Source of the DNA: Eledone cirrhosa | Taxonomy: Eukaryota | Reading direction: 5' to 3' | Assembly: GCA_964016885.1 (NCBI GenBank) | Contig: OZ024754.1 | Span: 41,602,001-41,666,000, forward strand | Length of the DNA stretch: 64,000 nucleotides | Part shown: positions 57,358 through 64,000 of the stretch, piece by piece | Layout of the letters: each line of letters opens with the position of its first letter | Numbering within the stretch: the stretch's first letter is position 1 | Position numbers and translations under genes: made by a program | The notes under the pieces: generated by a model | What the model saw: the letters and a program-made list of their open reading frames with translations, nothing else | The model's database searches: none | What the model was told of the DNA's origin: nothing

Positions 57358-57607
57358 ATATATAATCTTTAAACATAGCGTTGTTGACATTTAGAGAAGA
57401 AAACTAATATTAATTATTCCACCCGCAAAACAATAGATTATACACAAGTAATAAATATACTCTACCACATGTAGTGAGTATATACGTACAGAAGTGTGTG
57501 TGTGTGTGTCTGTGTGTGTGTGTGTCCTCATAAAACCAAATCCTTATACCCCCCCAAAAAGTACCAAATATTGTAACAGTTTCAAAACGTAGAGAAATCT
57601 CTCTTAC

Positions 57608-57616
57608 CTTTTTCAT
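57608..57616 (-). CDS. EH: Eclosion-hormone-like precursor, first coding exon (MKK)
   Basis: Minus strand gccaccATGAAAAAG|gtaagag: strong Kozak context and consensus donor. Phase 0 joins the ATG at 55065 and supplies a basic signal-peptide n-region. Confidence 0.75.
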
Positions 57617-57743
57617 GGTGGCAGAATAATTAAGTGGAATCTGTGATAAATGAAGATATGTCTTTGACTGATTTACAGAATCTGGTCTTTGAAAGATTTT
57701 ACAAAGATTGGGAACTCTGCTGACGATATATATAGAATATTTC

Positions 57744-57794
<51 letters not shown>

Positions 57795-57817
57795 AACTAT
57801 TTAGTTATAGATCTCTT

Positions 57818-57878
<61 letters not shown>

Positions 57879-57942
57879 ACAGGGAGAAAAAGAAGATTAT
57901 TAGGAAGAAAAACAAATCCCCCCCCCCCTTATGTATGTATGT

Positions 57943-57980
<38 letters not shown>

Positions 57981-58068
57981 TGTATGCATGTTTGTATGCT
58001 TATATATATGTGTATGTGTATGTATGTATACAAATATATATTTATATATATATATATGTATTTATATA

Positions 58069-58106
<38 letters not shown>

Positions 58107-58461
58107 TACATATATATATACATATATAAATACATATATGTGTATATATATATATATACACACACACATCATAAATATGAATGTGTTAATGTATTTATAT
58201 GTATAGTAAACAACATAAAACGTGGGCAGAGCGTTCATTAACAACTTAGCTGCGTAGGTATATAATTTCACAATTATCTTTGGTCATCGCCATTGCAGCT
58301 TCGTGGAGAAATCCGTTAGTTTGTTGTATATACTGTTGTTTACCTCCATCACAGTTCTGATACACTAACCTGAGTGGACCTCCGTCGGTATCGACGGCGA
58401 CTGTCATAGTTGTTCCATCAACGGGACAACTTTCCAATGAAATTAACGGCAAATTCCTCCG

Positions 58462-58482
58462 TATGTTAACTATATAGACAGA

Positions 58483-58523
<41 letters not shown>

Positions 58524-58605
58524 GAGTATATATATGTATATATATAGACAGAGTATATATATATATATATAGACAGAGTATATATATGTTAACTATATAG
58601 ACAGA

Positions 58606-58664
<59 letters not shown>

Positions 58665-58876
58665 GAGTATATATATATATATATATATATATAGACAGAG
58701 TGTATATATATATGTATAGACAGTATATATATATATGTTAACTATATAGACAGAGTATATATATATATATATATACTCTGTCTATATAGTTAACAATATA
58801 GACCCAGTGTATATATATATATGTGTTAACTATACAGACAGAGTATATATATATATATGTTAACTATATAGACCCA

Positions 58877-58943
<67 letters not shown>

Positions 58944-59655
58944 GTGTATATATATATATATATATAAACTATATAGACAGTGTATATATATATATATATA
59001 ACTATATAGACACAGTGTATATATATATTAACTATATAGACACAGTGTATATATGTTAACTATATAGACACAGTGTATGTATATATATTAACTATATAGA
59101 CACAGTGTATATATATGTTAACTAGATAGACACAGTGTATATATATATATTAACTATATAGACACAGTGTATATATGTTAACTATATAGACACAGTGTAT
59201 ATATATATATTAACTATATAGACACAGTGTATATATATGTTAACTATATAGACACAGTGTATATATATGTTAACTATATAGACACAGTGTATATATATGT
59301 TAACTAGATAGACACAGTGTATATATATATATATATATGTTAACTATATAGACACAGTGTATATATATATTAACTATATATACACAGTAGTGTATATATA
59401 TATTAACTATGTAGACACAGTGTATATATGTTAATTATATAGACACAGTGTATATATATATATTAACTATATAGACACAGTGTATATATATGTTAACTAG
59501 ATAGACACAGTGTATATATATATATTAACTATATATACACAGTAGTGTATATATATATTAACTATGTAGACACAGTGTATATATGTTAATTATATATACA
59601 CAGTGTATGTATATATATATATATATATTAACTCTATAGACACAGTGTATATATA
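58462..59655. repeat. Variable-length minisatellite (ttaactatatagacacagtg + (TA)n)
   Basis: Direct inspection. Confidence 0.9.
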
Positions 59656-60399
59656 TAAAAATCAGATATAGATCATCCGACGGGCTTCCAGTTAGTTTCC
59701 GCCTACCAAGTTTCATTCCCAAGGCATAGGTCGACCAGTGGTAATGATAAATGATACTTATTCAAGATTCCCGCAGTGGGATTGAACCCGGGTACCTTAA
59801 CCATTTGGTCAAGCTGTGCCCACGATAAACCAATCCAATCTATATATAAATTTGAGAGACTTCCGTCCGTCACAAATTGTGTGTGTGTGTGTGTGTGTGT
59901 GTGTGAGCGTGTGTGTGTGTGTGTGTGTGTGTGTGAGCGTGTGTGTGTGTGTGTGAAAACAACATTTCCTGACATGCAAATGATACGAATCCTTGTCGTC
60001 ATATTTTGTCTCGCGAATTATTTAATTTAATTCATAATGGTTTCTTATAGAGGCACAAGGCCAGCAATTTTTTTTTTTTTTTGGGGGGGGGGGGTCGATT
60101 AAATCGACCCCAGTACGTGACTGGTACTTTATTTTACCGACCTCCGTAAGGATGAAAAGGCAAAGTTAACCTCGACGGGATTTGAACTTAGATCATAAAG
60201 GGCCGTAACTCTATGCTGCAAAGCATGGCGTCCGATCCTCTACCGATATTGCCAATCCGCCACCCTTTAATTTATAATGTTTATTCTTAACAAAATGTTT
60301 ATTCTTGACGACACTCCCCCAACACCAACCCACAACCCACCCCAAATTCTTTATTAAACAAAGATGGAATATGAACCAGTAACAAGCAGAAGGATGATT

Positions 60400-60570
60400 G
60401 AAACGGCCAAAAAGATTTCGGACGTTCTTTTGTCCTTGACGACGATAAATTTCCGGCCCTGTCCTTGACGACGATAAATTGAAGTTTTTGGTTGAAGCAA
60501 ATTCTCGCAGAACTGTTGGAGAGCAAGCAGGAGGGTTAGATGTAAGTATTGGAAGAATTTCTGAACATTA
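60400..60570 (+). mobile_element. Mariner transposase HTH remnant
   Basis: GPVLDDDKLKFLVEANSRRTVGEQAGGLDVSIGRISEH. Confidence 0.6.
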
Positions 60571-62396
60571 AACTTAACTTTTTAATTTTTTTGTTTTTTT
60601 AATGTCAGGTCACTCTTGGGTGTTACTGGTAACATGTAACCCAGTACAACCTGTCGCATGGTCGGGTCATCGGCGACTAAACCGGCAACCCCACCAAGTT
60701 TACTTGGTGAGGAGGGTGATTTTGGACACTCTGCAGGACAAAAAAACGAAACCTGACAAAGGGCGGAAGAACTCATAAGAGTCAACGGTCATCTAAACAA
60801 TCCTGCCAAGTCAATGGCTGGCAGTAGTTCCAGCTGCATCGAAAGACTGGTGTAGTGGTTCTGAGAACAATGCGGCTTTGCAGACGATCAATGTAAATTG
60901 ACAATGGAAAGGCGCTCCCGCTCGAGTTAGAAGAGAACTATTGACCTTCAGGAGAAGCAGCGACCCCTGATTGTATTCAGCAACAGAAACAAATATGAAG
61001 TACATCAAATCCTAGGGGCGGCCCTGGTTCTTCTTATTTGCGGGTGTAAACTCGGCCAGATTAGATTAGATTCAACTTAATTGGAAAGTCGAAGAAGCTT
61101 AAAGAATGAGTAACTGGCCAGTTACACTCCATTACTGTGTCTACAGAATATTTAGAATGTAGCCACATAGCGATCAAATGTACTGTACACTAATATATAT
61201 ATATATATATAGAGAGAGAGAATCATTAGAACATCTGACTGATAAAATGACAAGTCAGTCAATCATGTTAGGGGCCTCCTCACAGCCCCGGTGGACCCGC
61301 ATGAATTGAACGAAAACCACCCTAACCTTAGCCACCCGGCCAGGGTTAGGGGTAAAGACAAACACAACTTAATCAGTACAGTCACCACCCATGACACGCA
61401 TCCTATACAATAAAGACCTAGTGAACTATGAAGAAAACTCGAGTGTAAAATGGTAAACGGCACTCGAACGGAAATAACTCAACGGTGTAAAGGTAGAAAA
61501 ATGCTGGAACTTAAAGCAGGTGGTACAATAGGAATGTATAATTACGTGGGTGTAGTATTAAAAAAAATACGTATTTTTATTTGTCAGGATTACTATTTTT
61601 GGTATATATTGAAAAGGTGTGTAAGATTCGGATATTGTAATTTAAATACTTTGTCACAGGTGTTAAGTGAACCTGTGAAATCTGTTATATTTTCTCATAG
61701 TAAGTCGCTTGTTGACAATTTACTTTGTTAAGAACGCCTACCGTCTCCTACCCTCAGTCTTTATTCCTAGAATGTGCTACAGTAATGTGGATATAAAAGG
61801 ATTATATCCACCCCAGTAAATAACTCCTACTTTATTTTATTGATTCCAGAGAAGAAAAGCAAGAAGCAAGGATCAACCATGGCGGGATTTGAACTCGTGA
61901 TTCTAAAACTTGTTTTATCTGCCGTCCTCTTTTTTTATTTTATTTTTTATTTTATTTCCTTTTTTGTGTGTGTGTGTGGGGGGGGGGGGCAGCGCTTAAG
62001 ACCCAAGACATTTTTTTTTTTAGGTGGAGGGGGGGGGGGGATACTACGAAACTGAAGAGCGAAATGGAGAGCAATACTCTAGCTGATTACATGTTAAAAA
62101 GTGAACATTGCTCGTGACACCCAAGAGCAGGGCCGGAATTAATGAGGGGGGGACGGGGAATTGCTCTGGGTCCCATGCACTGGGAGGCGGGGGTCCCATC
62201 AGTGACGGCCGTAGCAATTTATTGGTGCCCTCAGCCGGGCATTTCAGTTTTAGGATGGTTAGAATTTCTGAATGTTATACCCGTATGTATAACTTTTCAA
62301 TTCCAATTACTTGCAGCAAGCTAACTTTGATATGTACATTTGGAGGAGGGGGGGGGGGGGAGGGGGGTCCGTGTACTCTAATTTTGTATATGTATA

Positions 62397-63600
62397 TGTG
62401 TTAATTATATGGACATAGTGTAAATAATATGTTAATTATATAGACACAGTGTAAATAATATGTTAATTATATAGACACAGTGTAAATAATATGTTAATTA
62501 TATAGACACAGTGTAAATAATATGTTAATTATATAGACACAGTGTAAATAATATGTTAATTATATGGACATAGTGTAAATAATATGTTAATTATATGGAC
62601 ATAGTGTAAATAATATGTTAATTATATAGACATAGTGTAAATAATATGTTAATTATATAGACACAGTGTAAATAATATGTTAATTATATAGACATAGTGT
62701 AAATAATATGTTAATTATATAGACATAGTGTAAATAATATGTTAATTATATAGACATAGTGTAAATAATATGTTAATTATATAGACACAGTGTAAATAAT
62801 ATGTTAATTATATAGACATAGTGTAAATAATATGTTAATTATATAGACACAGTGTAAATAATATGTTAATTATATAGACACAGTGTAAATAATATGTTAA
62901 TTATATAGACACAGTGTAAATAATATGTTAATTATATAGACATAGTGTAAATAATATGTTAATTATATAGACACAGTGTAAATAATATGTTAATTATATA
63001 GACACAGTGTAAATAATATGTTAATTATATAGACACAGTGTAAATAATATGTTAATTATATGGACATAGTGTAAATAATATGTTAATTATATAGACACAG
63101 TGTAAATAATATGTTAATTATATAGACACAGTGTAAATAATATGTTAATTATATGGACATAGTGTAAATAATATGTTAATTATATAGACACAGTGTAAAT
63201 AATATGTTAATTATATAGACACAGTGTAAATAATATGTTAATTATATAGACACAGTGTAAATAATATGTTAATTATATAGACACAGTGTAAATAATATGT
63301 TAATTATATAGACATAATGTAAATAATATGTTAATTATATAGACACAGTGTAAATAATATGTTAATTATATAGACATAGTGTAAATAATATGTTAATTAT
63401 ATAGACACAGTGTAAATAATATGTTAATTATATAGACACAGTGTAAATAATATGTTAATTATATAGACATAGTGTAAATAATATGTTAATTATATAGACA
63501 CAGTGTAAATAATATGTTAATTATATAGACACAGTGTAAATAATATGTTAATTATATAGACACAGTGTAAATAATATGTTAATTATATAGACACAGTGTA
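62397..63600. repeat. 31-bp minisatellite atgttaattatatagacacagtgtaaataat, about 39 units
   Basis: Direct inspection; period 31. Confidence 0.97.
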
Positions 63601-64000
63601 TTATTTATTAACTATATAGGCACAGGGTAAATATGTTAACTATATAGACACAGTGTGAATATATGTTGACTATATAGACACAGTGTACATATGTTAACTA
63701 TATAGACACAGTGTATATATATATTAACTATATAGACAGTGTATATATATATATATGCAGAGGTTATATTGAATTTGTTGGAAGTCCGACAAACATAAAT
63801 GTATATAATTGTATATATATTATATAGACACAGTGTATATATATATATATTAATTATATAGACACATGTATATATATATATGTATGTATATATATATGTA
63901 TGTATATATATATATATGTATATATGTATATATGTATATATATGTATATATGTATATATATGTATATATGTATATATATATATATATGTATATATATATA

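Noticed and set aside
58246-58452. 68-aa minus-strand ORF in unique sequence
   Set aside because: It has a non-ATG start and no recognisable motif; more plausibly UTR or promoter sequence.

Overview
Eukaryotic, very microsatellite-rich animal DNA. The SINE families and repeat landscape suggest an octopod cephalopod (inference). Almost all ORFs in the supplied track are microsatellite or transposon artefacts. Two real spliced genes could be reconstructed by hand. (1) A six-exon + strand gene (14736-21971) encodes a 238-aa secreted protein made only of a signal peptide plus a hemopexin-type propeller. (2) A - strand gene (57616-54784) encodes a 96-aa eclosion-hormone-like neuropeptide precursor with six cysteines. 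The most striking non-genic signal is about 20 type I hammerhead-ribozyme motifs from at least 8 unrelated sequence families. Many have palindromic helix III and sit in head-to-head inverted repeats whose 3' ends abut (TA)n tracts, resembling Penelope-like pLTR or retrozyme relics, but no Penelope ORF is visible. Two of these hammerheads lie in sense orientation in intron 1 of the hemopexin gene. The window also holds dead RTE, R4/Dong, CRE-like and Vingi-like LINE fragments, Tc1/mariner relics, piggyBac-type MITEs, many tRNA-derived SINEs, minisatellites born inside TE sequence, and numerous fold-back palindromes.
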